From a phage, in the sequence record OZ418233.1: DNA of 40,362 bases; one strand, written 5' to 3'. The position numbers and the translations under genes are program-made. A model generated the notes under the pieces. The model saw only the letters and a list, made by a program, of their open reading frames with translations, made no database searches and was not told where the DNA came from. Below, one piece after another: positions 28,403 to 36,525 of the stretch. Within the stretch, counting starts at the first letter, position 1, and each line of letters begins with the position of its first letter.

Positions 28403-28896
28403 TCTGGGCATTCGTAAAAGCATACCGGAAACAGTTGATTATCATGGCGGTGCTTGCTGTTCTGGTCATATCAGGAGTTGTTGCCTGGAATGTGCACGGC
28501 ATCCGTCAGTACGATGCCGGGTATGCGCAGGCGAAGGAAGATCAGAAACAGGCTGATGATAAGTTAAGGTCACAGCGTGAGCAGGAGAAAACACAAATTG
28601 AACGTGAAGCACAATCCCGTATCGATGCGGCGCGTGCTGATGCTGAGTATGCTAATTCCGCTGCTGACAGCATGCGCGCCGAGCTTGACAAAACCAGGCG
28701 GCTCGCCGAACACTATACCGGATCTTTCCCCCCTGGCACGCCAGCCAGCAAGGTCATCGGTGTGCTCGCCGACATGCTTGAAGAAAGCAACCGAGTTTAC
28801 AACGCAACAGCAGCTGAGGCTGAAAAGTATCGTATCGCAGGGGAATTCTGCGAGCAGCAATACGATTCACTGAAGAAGCAAAAATCGTGGCACTGA
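28399..28896 (+). CDS. i-spanin (Rz-like)
   Basis: ATG overlaps endolysin stop (ATGA); N-terminal transmembrane helix then a charged coiled-coil-like region; o-spanin ORF embedded in the +1 frame. Confidence 0.7.
   Translation: MIWAFVKAYRKQLIIMAVLAVLVISGVVAWNVHGIRQYDAGYAQAKEDQKQADDKLRSQREQEKTQIEREAQSRIDAARADAEYANSAADSMRAELDKTRRLAEHYTGSFPPGTPASKVIGVLADMLEESNRVYNATAAEAEKYRIAGEFCEQQYDSLKKQKSWH
28625..28873 (+). CDS. o-spanin (Rz1-like lipoprotein), embedded
   Basis: Embedded in the i-spanin gene in another frame; signal peptide with lipobox LLTAC then Pro-rich mature region; start chosen at MRRVL. Confidence 0.55.
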   Translation: MRRVLMLSMLIPLLTACAPSLTKPGGSPNTIPDLSPLARQPARSSVCSPTCLKKATEFTTQQQLRLKSIVSQGNSASSNTIH

Positions 28897-29046
28897 TTTC
28901 CGGTGACGGTATATAAAACGGTACGGTGAAAATCAGGTTACAGAAAGTTGTTACCAGTCAATTGGTTATGCGTGCCGTAAATAATTGAGTGGGAATGATT
29001 AACAGCTAACTCATAGCAAGTCATTCCTATTCAGATACTAATTTAA

Positions 29047-29078
29047 CCCTCTGTTTTTACAGAGGGTTTTTGTTTTTG
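29047..29078 (+). terminator. intrinsic terminator after lysis operon
   Basis: CCCTCTG-TTTTTA-CAGAGGG hairpin followed by TTTTTGTTTTTG. Confidence 0.7.
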
Positions 29079-29133
29079 TGTATTCATTTCTATTCACTCT
29101 ACACCATATTTTTAGGCGGTACAGGTGACGGTA

Positions 29134-29148
29134 TTACCTTAAAGGTAT
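29134..29148. promoter_or_regulatory. operator-like motif TTACC-TTAAA-GGTAT (one mismatch)
   Basis: Copy of the shared palindrome 43 bp upstream of the integrase start. Confidence 0.45.
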
Positions 29149-29190
29149 ACTCTCATACCGTCATGAAAATGGTTTCTATACGGGTGAATT

Positions 29191-30438
29191 GTGCTTACCG
29201 ATACAAAATTAAAAAACCTCAAGCCGCAGGACAAACTGTACAAGGTCTCCGATCGTGACGGGCTGTATGTAGCTGTACTTACGTCAGGCACGGTCTCGTT
29301 TCGCTATGACTACCGTATCAACGGTCGCCGCGAAACACTGGTAATCGGGCAGTATGGGCGTGACGGTATCAGCCTGGCAGAAGCGCGGGAAGAACTGATT
29401 GCTGCAAAGAAGCTGCTTAAAGCAGGCCAGTCACCGGCTGCGGCTAAACGTGACGGTATCAAAAAGATTCGTGGTGCTGAGACGTTTGCGGTACATACCG
29501 ACAGTTATATGAAACACGTCATCCTGGCTGACAGTACCCGCGCAATGAAGCAGGCGGTGATCGACCGTGACATACTTCCGGTTCTTGGCAACAAAATGAT
29601 GGCTGAAATTACCACATCGATGGTTCGTGATTTGTGTGACCGGATTGTCGAACGCGGTGGTCGGGCAACAGCAGTACAGGCCAGGGAGATCATCAGCAGC
29701 GTATACCGTCACGCCAATGATCGTGGTCATGGTTTGTTTAATCCTGCGGCTGACATTAAACCTTCGTCTATCGCCATATTTAAACCACGAGAGCGAACAC
29801 TGACACCAGAAGAAATTGGCCTGTTCTTCCGCACGCTGGATGCCATTGGTGCTATGGGCACTATGAAAATGGCTTTAAAGCTGGTGCTTATCACTATGGT
29901 TCGTAAAGGCGAATTCACCAACGCAACGTGGGATGAAATAGATTTTAAAAAATGGACATGGACAATTCCTTCAGACCGCATGAAGGGAAGCCGGGCGCAC
30001 GTTATTTACCTGCCTAAACAGGCTCAGGATATATTGGTCGGGTTGCAGATGTGCGCTGGTGGAAGTGAATATCTGGTTCCTGGTCGTTACAATTTCCGGA
30101 AGCCATTATCTAATGCCGCGCTGAACTCTCTGATCGACAGAACGGTGAAAATAATAAATGAAGATGGTGAGCATATTCAGGGCTTCACCGTACACGATAT
30201 GCGCCGTACAGCAAGTACGTTGTTGCATGAGGCTGGTTATCCTTCAGACTGGATTGAAAAGGCTCTGGCACATGAGCAGAAAGGTGTGCGCGCCGTATAT
30301 AACAAAGCGGAATACGCCAGACAGCGCGCCTACATGTTGCAGCAGTGGGCCGATATGATTGATTCCTGGATTGACGGGGAGCATACGGATCTGATTCCGT
30401 TCTCCCCGTCGAAGTTTGAGAAGTGGATGGCGGGATAA
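29191..30438 (+). CDS. int: tyrosine integrase (P4-like, N-terminal arm-binding domain)
   Basis: GTG start; N-terminus LTDTKLKNLKPQDKLYKVSDRDGLYVAV typical of P4-family integrases; C-terminal region has R...H-x-x-R...Y-type catalytic features (HDMRRTASTLL, AVYNKAEY). Confidence 0.85.
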   Translation: MLTDTKLKNLKPQDKLYKVSDRDGLYVAVLTSGTVSFRYDYRINGRRETLVIGQYGRDGISLAEAREELIAAKKLLKAGQSPAAAKRDGIKKIRGAETFAVHTDSYMKHVILADSTRAMKQAVIDRDILPVLGNKMMAEITTSMVRDLCDRIVERGGRATAVQAREIISSVYRHANDRGHGLFNPAADIKPSSIAIFKPRERTLTPEEIGLFFRTLDAIGAMGTMKMALKLVLITMVRKGEFTNATWDEIDFKKWTWTIPSDRMKGSRAHVIYLPKQAQDILVGLQMCAGGSEYLVPGRYNFRKPLSNAALNSLIDRTVKIINEDGEHIQGFTVHDMRRTASTLLHEAGYPSDWIEKALAHEQKGVRAVYNKAEYARQRAYMLQQWADMIDSWIDGEHTDLIPFSPSKFEKWMAG

Positions 30439-30444
30439 TAACGT

Positions 30445-30639
30445 TTAATAGTTCTGCTGATTTTCTTCCATCTCGGCTTCTGCTGCCAGTGATTCAATTT
30501 TGTTTGCGAATATTGCTGACAGCGTTGCAAATTCAGCATCAGTGACAGCGGGAATTGGAACAAACCTGATCCCGCTGTGTGCAAGCATGTTTGCAGTTTC
30601 AAGGCATTTCCTTAAATCTGCTGGTGATGCCCTGTTCAT
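30445..30639 (-). CDS. hypothetical small protein (64 aa)
   Basis: ATG overlaps the stop of the upstream methyltransferase gene; last gene of the leftward operon, convergent with int. Confidence 0.35.
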   Translation of the reverse strand: MNRASPADLRKCLETANMLAHSGIRFVPIPAVTDAEFATLSAIFANKIESLAAEAEMEENQQNY

Positions 30640-31298
30640 GCTGCACGCTCCCGCCCCTGGTTGTCTGTTGGTGACAGCGGAGCATTGCTGAATGCATTTG
30701 TTAATCCGCCAATATCCAACGCGTATCCAGGGTGTAGTTGCACTGCCGGGTCTTCGCACTGATTACCCCAAACATCGAAGCCATGAGACGTCTGGCGGGC
30801 GAACAGTTCAATGCGAGAAACATCGCCTAACAATTGCACAAGTTTTTCACGAACGACATCTGGTTTTCTTGAATGCTCAAGCCGCGGTGCGGTAAATGAC
30901 TGAACGATCCCTGCATTAATGCGTGGAGGTAGTTTTCCCTTTACTGCAAACAGGCAATCTTCACTATTGGCGCGAGTCATGTGTCCCATACCCATAACCA
31001 GTTTATCTGGTTGTCGACTACCACATTTTATCCACGTGAAGCCCTTCATGGTCATCAGACGGAATCCCCAGGCTTCAACAACTTTTAGTGCTTCGAGTGG
31101 TTGTGTTGGCACCCACCACATGGCCAACAGACAGTTTTCATCGGCCAAATCCCACACAGGAAGGCGGCAGATATCCAGCACACTCATAACCGGATATTTA
31201 AAACCGGCACCGCGATTACCATCTGCGGCTTTGTCCCGGTATACCCAGGGTGGATCTGCATAGATTAGTGTGTATTTCTTAGTCATAAACCACCCCAC
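30636..31298 (-). CDS. MT-A70-family N6-adenine DNA methyltransferase (orphan)
   Basis: YADPPW motif at the N-terminus (catalytic DPPW); no adjacent restriction endonuclease gene. Confidence 0.75.
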   Translation of the reverse strand: MGWFMTKKYTLIYADPPWVYRDKAADGNRGAGFKYPVMSVLDICRLPVWDLADENCLLAMWWVPTQPLEALKVVEAWGFRLMTMKGFTWIKCGSRQPDKLVMGMGHMTRANSEDCLFAVKGKLPPRINAGIVQSFTAPRLEHSRKPDVVREKLVQLLGDVSRIELFARQTSHGFDVWGNQCEDPAVQLHPGYALDIGGLTNAFSNAPLSPTDNQGRERAA

Positions 31299-31578
31299 AA
31301 CATCCTATGCCGCTATAGTCGCCACGGCGAAGGCCGTTACCTTTTGTGATACATTGGTCCCTGCGAACCGCGATCCTTGCACGTTCAACATCACCAGAAG
31401 CAACATCCATACACTGAAGCCAAAGGTGAGCGGCAATGCGGAACTGCCCTTTTTTCTCTCTTTCAATCGCGCGTTTTTCGATCTCTATCGCCGCAGGAGT
31501 AACGGCGACAATCTTTGACGGACTGCGCATTGAAACCTTATTCATGTGATATTTTTCAAGTCGGCTTAACTTTCTCAC
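31279..31578 (-). CDS. hypothetical protein (88-99 aa)
   Basis: Minus-strand ORF in the early-left operon; start uncertain (M1 or M12). Confidence 0.35.
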   Translation of the reverse strand: MRKLSRLEKYHMNKVSMRSPSKIVAVTPAAIEIEKRAIEREKKGQFRIAAHLWLQCMDVASGDVERARIAVRRDQCITKGNGLRRGDYSGIGCCGVVYD

Positions 31579-31687
31579 TTAATCCAACCCTCTCTGAAAA
31601 TTAATGCCAGCAGATAAAGCCATGCTGAAACAGAGGCCAGGAATAAGTACCATCCTGACCATTTGCTCCAGTGCCTTAGCAGCGCAC

Positions 31688-31936
31688 TCATGCAGCGTTG
31701 CTCACGGGACGATATACACGTTGCTGAACAGGAGGTTTTTTACCCTGGTACTCTGCCGGGCTTGCTGCCTGACGTTCATCAAGCCAACGCTCAACTTCGT
31801 CACGGTTCCATGCGCAGCGTTTGTCAGTGATATACCAGCGTTTAGGAAATTCCCCTGCGCGCTCCATACGGTCGATAGTGCTCCATGACAGTGGCACCAC
31901 CGCTAGGAGTTCCTTCTTACCTAATGCACCTTTCAT
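31688..31936 (-). CDS. AlpA-family DNA-binding protein (excisionase/regulator candidate)
   Basis: 82 aa, LAVVPLSWSTIDRMERAGEFPKRWYITDKRCAWNRDEVERW fits the AlpA/Xis-type HTH pattern. Confidence 0.65.
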   Translation of the reverse strand: MKGALGKKELLAVVPLSWSTIDRMERAGEFPKRWYITDKRCAWNRDEVERWLDERQAASPAEYQGKKPPVQQRVYRPVSNAA

Positions 31937-31985
31937 AAATACCTCTCTTGGTTGCAGTGCGGCGCGTGTGGCGCCGCGGTGGTGG

Positions 31986-32927
31986 TTACATAGATGTTTC
32001 GTTTAATTCTTCCCGACGAACGCTGTAAACGTCGGTGGCTTTTGCCAGCAGTTCGTCATCATCTGAAAGTTTTTGTGCAATGTATTTGTAAGCCTTATCC
32101 AGTTCGGAGACAGTGCTGTAATTCATCGCTGCGCTGGTAAAGGCCATCAGCATTTCTTCTGGATCACGGCTATCCGCTTTACGAGTTTGCTCATCAGGCT
32201 TTTTCACTGGTTTAGCGTTGATCAGACTGTTCATTCCCGCAGCAGTGGTCGTTTGCGGAGTAATGTCTCGCTCAACGCGCGGTGCCGTTTCCTGTAATTC
32301 GTCTGGTGTGTAGACGCCCATGATTACGTCAGGACAGTGCAAGCGAGACCAGCGTTTTGTCGCAAGGTATGCGAGTTGTTGTTTCGGATCACTGGCCCAA
32401 AGTGTGGAGTTTCTTACCTGTGCTTGAGACAGCATTAACTCAAGCACTCGAGGTTGATCCTCGCCCTTCATGGTTGCCCATACGCGAACACCGCAGCCTT
32501 CTTCGTCTTTTAGAGTCCAGCCTGGTGCGATATATGGATTGCCGTTTTTGGATTTTTTCTCAACAAACTTACCGATCACGCGTTCCCACGGCCCGAACCA
32601 CTCGTAGTTGATGCGATCTTTTGTTGGCGACATCGTTGAGATAACTGCGTTTACTAATTGGGCTTCATAACCTAGCGTGCCGTTCACAACATGGGTTTTC
32701 TGAGCCACGGCAAACGGGTTCATTCCCCACTGCGCAGCCTGCATTGCCACGGCCATGCAATCAGCTGGTTTCCCGGCGAGGTGCGCCGGTACCGTTACGC
32801 GGCTTTGCGCCATTACCTCGGCGAATTTCATCAGTTGGTTCAAGCCGTCTGGGCTGAAAATAGTTGCAGCAGTTCCAGCGATTGCTGTGTCTACTGGTGC
32901 GTTGATGTTTGCGATGTCGTTGCTCAT
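31986..32927 (-). CDS. recT: RecT-family single-strand annealing recombinase
   Basis: About 313 aa from ATG 32927 (ATGA overlap with upstream exonuclease stop, RBS AGGAT); paired with an upstream exonuclease gene as in RecE/RecT-type modules. Confidence 0.7.
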   Translation of the reverse strand: MSNDIANINAPVDTAIAGTAATIFSPDGLNQLMKFAEVMAQSRVTVPAHLAGKPADCMAVAMQAAQWGMNPFAVAQKTHVVNGTLGYEAQLVNAVISTMSPTKDRINYEWFGPWERVIGKFVEKKSKNGNPYIAPGWTLKDEEGCGVRVWATMKGEDQPRVLELMLSQAQVRNSTLWASDPKQQLAYLATKRWSRLHCPDVIMGVYTPDELQETAPRVERDITPQTTTAAGMNSLINAKPVKKPDEQTRKADSRDPEEMLMAFTSAAMNYSTVSELDKAYKYIAQKLSDDDELLAKATDVYSVRREELNETSM

Positions 32928-33745
32928 ATGTACATATCCTGTTTGCGTGCCCACTCAGGGCGTTTAATGATTTCCACACCGCCCCATTCATCATTTATGC
33001 GGCATTCGTGATAGGTATTCAGATCCCGGCGGAACAGAGCGTGCCCGGCATCGACATCCGGCGCATCCAGCTCGAACACGCGTACCGGATACCGACCACA
33101 ATCAATGCTTTCGCTCACGGCAAGAAAGAAAAAACCATGCGGCTGACCAGTAACCCTCATTGCGCCTTCGCGGTACATTGCGTCCTGCACGTGGTAGCGG
33201 AATTCCTCGATGTGGCGTGCAAAACGGTCCATATCTGCAACCTTTTTCACGTCGACGATCACGTTGTGCTCGTTCAGCCATTTGTCTGGACGAATGCGGC
33301 ACAACTCACCAGTCTCTTCATCATTCCAGTACATTGATGCTTCGCAGTAACCAGGTGCTTCCAGCATCCAGCGTGCCGCCGGGTGAGCCATTGCGCTATC
33401 ACGCATCAGCTCCAGTTTCCGCCACTGCTCGGCATCAAGTACCGTAATCCCCATATCCGCTACATCACGAAGAAATGCTTCTTCGTCAGCTTTACCTTGT
33501 TTCGTCCGACGATCGAACTTCGGTGAAACAATGAAGCGTTTGTCGAATTCTCCAGGCTCCAGAAGCAGACAGTGCAATGCGGTTCCAATATCCAGTGCAG
33601 ACTTTTTCTCTTCGTCTTCTGGTGCTGCCTGGACCCATTTAAGAAGCGCCGGATTCTTGGCAACCATGTCCAGTTGCGACTTACTCACGCCGTCACCGGC
33701 GTGGTAGTCTTCGTTGCTGATGTCGAAATAAATTCCCGGTTTCAT
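32924..33745 (-). CDS. PD-(D/E)XK-type exonuclease (RecE C-terminal-domain/YqaJ-like)
   Basis: 273 aa immediately upstream of and coupled to recT; acidic/lysine catalytic-like residues (…IVDVKKV…); call rests mainly on gene context. Confidence 0.6.
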   Translation of the reverse strand: MKPGIYFDISNEDYHAGDGVSKSQLDMVAKNPALLKWVQAAPEDEEKKSALDIGTALHCLLLEPGEFDKRFIVSPKFDRRTKQGKADEEAFLRDVADMGITVLDAEQWRKLELMRDSAMAHPAARWMLEAPGYCEASMYWNDEETGELCRIRPDKWLNEHNVIVDVKKVADMDRFARHIEEFRYHVQDAMYREGAMRVTGQPHGFFFLAVSESIDCGRYPVRVFELDAPDVDAGHALFRRDLNTYHECRINDEWGGVEIIKRPEWARKQDMYI

Positions 33746-34041
33746 GCCGCGTCCCTCTGTCCATCAAGCTGATCCGCCAGATCCCAGCGGGCGATAATTG
33801 CCATTGCCTCTCGCCGATAGGCATCCATCAGTTCTTCGAACTCAGGGCTGTCTTTAGCAGCCTCCAGTACTTCCTGACGAACGCCTTTGCCTGTTACAAC
33901 GTCAAAAGTTGAGGACAGTTGATGAAGTCGGATGCTCTCAATCAGTTCAACTTGTCGGTCATATAGCTGTTCTGACAGGCGGTAGTCCTTGTCGAATGCC
34001 AGCATGATTTTTTGAAGATTTTTCTGCTGATTAACGTTCAT
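33742..34041 (-). CDS. hypothetical early protein (99 aa)
   Basis: Start at MNVNQQ with RBS GGGAGGG; stop overlaps the exonuclease start. Confidence 0.4.
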   Translation of the reverse strand: MNVNQQKNLQKIMLAFDKDYRLSEQLYDRQVELIESIRLHQLSSTFDVVTGKGVRQEVLEAAKDSPEFEELMDAYRREAMAIIARWDLADQLDGQRDAA

Positions 34042-34043
34042 TA

Positions 34044-34196
34044 TCAGCCCTCCCATATCTCGTTATCGTTGGCTACATCGCGAGCTTCTTTGCTGACGAA
34101 AGCCCACTTAATGCCTTCCTGTAAGGTGCGGAACTTCCAGCTCATGAATCCGCATGCAGTAACGCAGTACCAACCGTTGATGATTTTCCACTGCAT
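34044..34196 (-). CDS. hypothetical small early protein (50 aa)
   Basis: Not in ORF track; read manually: ATG with RBS GAGGT, MQWKIINGWYCVTACGFMSWKFRTLQEGIKWAFVSKEARDVANDNEIWEG; first gene after the leftward promoter/operators. Confidence 0.3.
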   Translation of the reverse strand: MQWKIINGWYCVTACGFMSWKFRTLQEGIKWAFVSKEARDVANDNEIWEG

Positions 34197-34215
34197 AACT
34201 TGTTACCTCGGTCTG

Positions 34216-34230
34216 TTACCGTTGAGGTAA
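34216..34230. promoter_or_regulatory. operator-like motif TTACC-GTTGA-GGTAA
   Basis: Perfect palindrome at the head of the leftward early operon. Confidence 0.55.
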
Positions 34231-34277
34231 TAATTATGCGTATCTGGTTTGATGTCAATAGATATGAGTTAAAAAAA

Positions 34278-34292
34278 TTACCCGTTAGGTAA
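34278..34292. promoter_or_regulatory. operator-like motif TTACC-CGTTA-GGTAA
   Basis: Perfect palindrome 62 bp from the previous site. Confidence 0.55.
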
Positions 34293-34302
34293 TCGAATAG
34301 GC

Positions 34303-34328
34303 AATAAAAAAGCCGCCATAAGGCGGCT
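34303..34328 (-). terminator. intrinsic terminator after the repressor gene (minus strand)
   Basis: On the minus strand AGCCGCC-TTAT-GGCGGCT hairpin followed by TTTTTTATT. Confidence 0.7.
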
Positions 34329-34349
34329 TACTTACTGAAAAATATGATT

Positions 34350-34934
34350 TTATTGTTTGTTTTTTTCGTTCTGGTTGATGACAAATTCAATGTAACTTTC
34401 GATCTTTGCCTTCTCTGTTTCAGGTAGCAATGCGTAGCGCGAGCGGTCATAGTTGATAGTCGCGGGGTCGTGCGGGTGAATCAGTAATTCATATCCGTGA
34501 CGCCCAAATGCGGATGCAACATTCTCCAGGGTGGAAATGGAAACGCTGACCTCATTGTTTAACAGGCGGCTGATTGTTACCTGGGCGACGCCGGATGCGC
34601 GGTGAAGTTTTCCCTGCGTTGAAAGGTCGCGGCTTTCGCTCATCCAGCGTTCCAGGTTGTGAGCCGCCAGTTGACCAATGTCGCTTGGTCCGACAGGCTG
34701 AAAACCTTCCTGAGAAAGCGAGCGATCGATATCAAGCCAGTTACGGGGTTTATTGGCGGCAGCTTCAATTTTTCGCGCAACCTGGTCGCCGATAACCTTC
34801 TTGCCAAGAGCCCAGCGGTTTACCAGATTTGCCTGAGTTCCAAGTTTTTCAGCCATCCGCGTCTGAACACCATTGAATTCACGGTCGATCAAGTCGTTGA
34901 GATTTTGCCTGCGGACGTCCTGGATACTTTTCAT
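34350..34934 (-). CDS. prophage repressor candidate with two HTH (XRE-like) domains, no peptidase domain
   Basis: 194 aa; two HTH-like segments (…TRMAEKLGTQANLVNRWALGK… and …SGVAQVTISRLLNNEVSVSISTLENVASAFG…); divergent from a Cro-like gene with two palindromic operators between them; no Ala-Gly/Ser...Lys S24-type self-cleavage module seen. Confidence 0.55.
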   Translation of the reverse strand: MKSIQDVRRQNLNDLIDREFNGVQTRMAEKLGTQANLVNRWALGKKVIGDQVARKIEAAANKPRNWLDIDRSLSQEGFQPVGPSDIGQLAAHNLERWMSESRDLSTQGKLHRASGVAQVTISRLLNNEVSVSISTLENVASAFGRHGYELLIHPHDPATINYDRSRYALLPETEKAKIESYIEFVINQNEKNKQ

Positions 34935-34989
34935 TTTCTGGAAAATCGCCTCATATCTGAATCAGAAGATGATTCAATTTAAAGCAATA

Positions 34990-35004
34990 TTACCCAACAG
35001 GTAA
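34990..35004. promoter_or_regulatory. operator-like motif TTACC-CAACA-GGTAA (immunity region)
   Basis: Perfect palindrome in the repressor/Cro-like divergent intergenic region. Confidence 0.6.
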
Positions 35005-35037
35005 ATGCACCTCATGGGTAACTATCCTTGATTTTTG

Positions 35038-35052
35038 TTACCTTATAGGTGA
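35038..35052. promoter_or_regulatory. operator-like motif TTACC-TTATA-GGTGA (one mismatch) overlapping a rightward promoter
   Basis: Sits between a -35-like TTGTTA (35035-35040) and a -10-like TATTAT (35058-35063, 17-bp spacing) upstream of the Cro-like gene. Confidence 0.55.
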
Positions 35053-35088
35053 ATATTTATTATCTGAAATAAATATCAGGCAATAGCT

Positions 35089-35319
35089 ATGAGCGATAAC
35101 GGACATTTCGATTTCAAAAAGCACTGGCTTGCACTTACTCCGGATGAGCGTGAAGCCTTCGCACAGGAAGCCGGAACGACGAGTCACTATATCCAGACTC
35201 ACTTAACAGGTAAGCGCAAAATGCCAGGTAAGGTATTGATGAATGGGCTTTTTAAAGCCTGTAAATCAAGACAATGGCTGCGCTCAAAAGCAGAACTGGC
35301 ATACTTCTTCTACTCATGA
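35089..35319 (+). CDS. Cro-like small HTH regulator (76 aa)
   Basis: Small basic protein with an HTH-like segment (EREAFAQEAGTTSHYIQTHLTG), first gene of the rightward operon, divergent from the repressor. Confidence 0.5.
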   Translation: MSDNGHFDFKKHWLALTPDEREAFAQEAGTTSHYIQTHLTGKRKMPGKVLMNGLFKACKSRQWLRSKAELAYFFYS

Positions 35320-35340
35320 TATCCAGCCACAACCCTCTGT

Positions 35341-35364
35341 AGACCGCCATCCGGCGGTCTTTTC
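35341..35364 (+). terminator. intrinsic terminator candidate after the Cro-like gene
   Basis: AGACCGCC-ATCC-GGCGGTCT 8-bp stem followed by TTTC; followed by a partial operator GCACC-TCAAA-GGTAA at 35375-35389. Confidence 0.5.
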
Positions 35365-35469
35365 ATATCTATTCGCACCTCAAAGGTAATAAAAAACCAA
35401 ATCTGGTTGATCTTTTTTTTGTGTCAGCACAAAATGACCGTAATCCCAATGCTAATAACAGGGCTTACC

Positions 35470-35670
35470 ATGGAAATCATTACACGTATTGATGCCGCAA
35501 AGCGCGGACTTAAACGCTACTACACCGGAAAACCATGTAAGCACGGACATGACAGTGAACGCTGGGTTTACAACGGACACTGTGTTGAGTGCACCATGGA
35601 ATCAAACCGTCGCATCAGGGCAGAGATTAAGCAGATCATGATTAATTCCTCCCCACAACATTCAAGCTGA
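35470..35670 (+). CDS. hypothetical small protein with Cys/His cluster (66 aa)
   Basis: CKHGHDSERWVYNGHCVEC suggests a metal-binding knuckle; start uncertain (weak RBS). Confidence 0.35.
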   Translation: MEIITRIDAAKRGLKRYYTGKPCKHGHDSERWVYNGHCVECTMESNRRIRAEIKQIMINSSPQHSS

Positions 35671-35685
35671 TAGCGGAGATTAATC

Positions 35686-36525
35686 ATGAGCAGACATGCA
35701 ACAGATTGGGCCTGGGAGACAGATCCAGGTAGCTCGTCATTAAAGCTCATACTGCTCTCGATGGCTGACAGAGCCGATGAATATAACCTCTGCTACCCCA
35801 GCATAGAACGCCTCGTTAAAGACACTTGCCTGAATAAAAAAACCGTGCAGGCCGGGCTTATATCGCTCATGAAAATGGGGCTTATTTCAGATACCGGAGA
35901 GAGAAAGGGAGCGACAAAAAGAGTGCGGGTTTTCTCTCTTAATATAACCAAAAACGGGAACATTAAAGGCAACCGGGAGGGGGGCAATGAACCCGAAAAC
36001 GGTAATGTTACCGAAAACGGGAATATACCCAAAAACGGGATGTTGAATGATCCCAAAAACGGGATGTTGAATGATCCCAAAAACGGGATGTTGAATGATC
36101 CCAAAAACGGGATCCAGAACCAGTCATATAACCAGTCATTTAACCAAGAGAGGGAGAGCAGGACAAAAAACGGGGATTCTGTGCCTCATGACCCTGGCGC
36201 AAACAACGCCGTGATGAATAACTTTGTTCCTCCTGGTGGGCCAGGGCAATTAGGCAAATTTGTCATGCATGAACAATGGCAACCATCAGATGACTTTCTT
36301 CGGAAAAGCTCATTGCAGGGGATCTACCTGGACAGTCTGCCAACGGCACAGGAACTTGCAGAGTTCAGAATTTACTGGATGGCTGAGGGTAAGGCATACC
36401 ATCAGGCACAGTGGGAGCAGAAGCTGGCAAGGCGGCTGCAGATTAGCAGACAGAAGCAATCAACATTACCTGATAACAACGTTCCGCACTGGAACAGCCC
36501 TGAAGCATGGGAGGATTTCTTGTGA
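35686..36525 (+). CDS. replication initiator (lambda O-like, N-terminal HTH) containing origin iterons
   Basis: RBS GGAG; N-terminal HTH-type region (…SSSLKLILLSMADRADEYNLCYPSIERLVKDT…); central coding region made of direct DNA repeats (translated NGMLNDPK x3); followed by a P-like gene. Confidence 0.7.
   Translation: MSRHATDWAWETDPGSSSLKLILLSMADRADEYNLCYPSIERLVKDTCLNKKTVQAGLISLMKMGLISDTGERKGATKRVRVFSLNITKNGNIKGNREGGNEPENGNVTENGNIPKNGMLNDPKNGMLNDPKNGMLNDPKNGIQNQSYNQSFNQERESRTKNGDSVPHDPGANNAVMNNFVPPGGPGQLGKFVMHEQWQPSDDFLRKSSLQGIYLDSLPTAQELAEFRIYWMAEGKAYHQAQWEQKLARRLQISRQKQSTLPDNNVPHWNSPEAWEDFL
36028..36113. repeat. iteron array (3.5 copies of a 24-bp direct repeat CCCAAAAACGGGATGTTGAATGAT), putative origin
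   Basis: Direct repeats at 36028, 36052, 36076 and partial at 36100; additional degenerate AAAACGG(G/T)AA units at about 35949, 35993 and 36011; in lambda the ori iterons lie inside the O gene. Confidence 0.7.

Noticed and set aside
27767-28423. 218-aa minus-strand ORF
   Set aside because: Antisense to the endolysin gene, which has clear GH19-type motifs.
35053-35076. CTGA-N8-TCAG palindrome as a second LexA box
   Set aside because: Half-sites are CTGA/TCAG rather than CTGT/ACAG; retained only as a generic inverted repeat in the immunity-region finding.
36028-36113. Possible CRISPR-like repeat array
   Set aside because: Repeats are contiguous 24-bp units without spacers and lie inside a coding sequence; they are replication-origin iterons.
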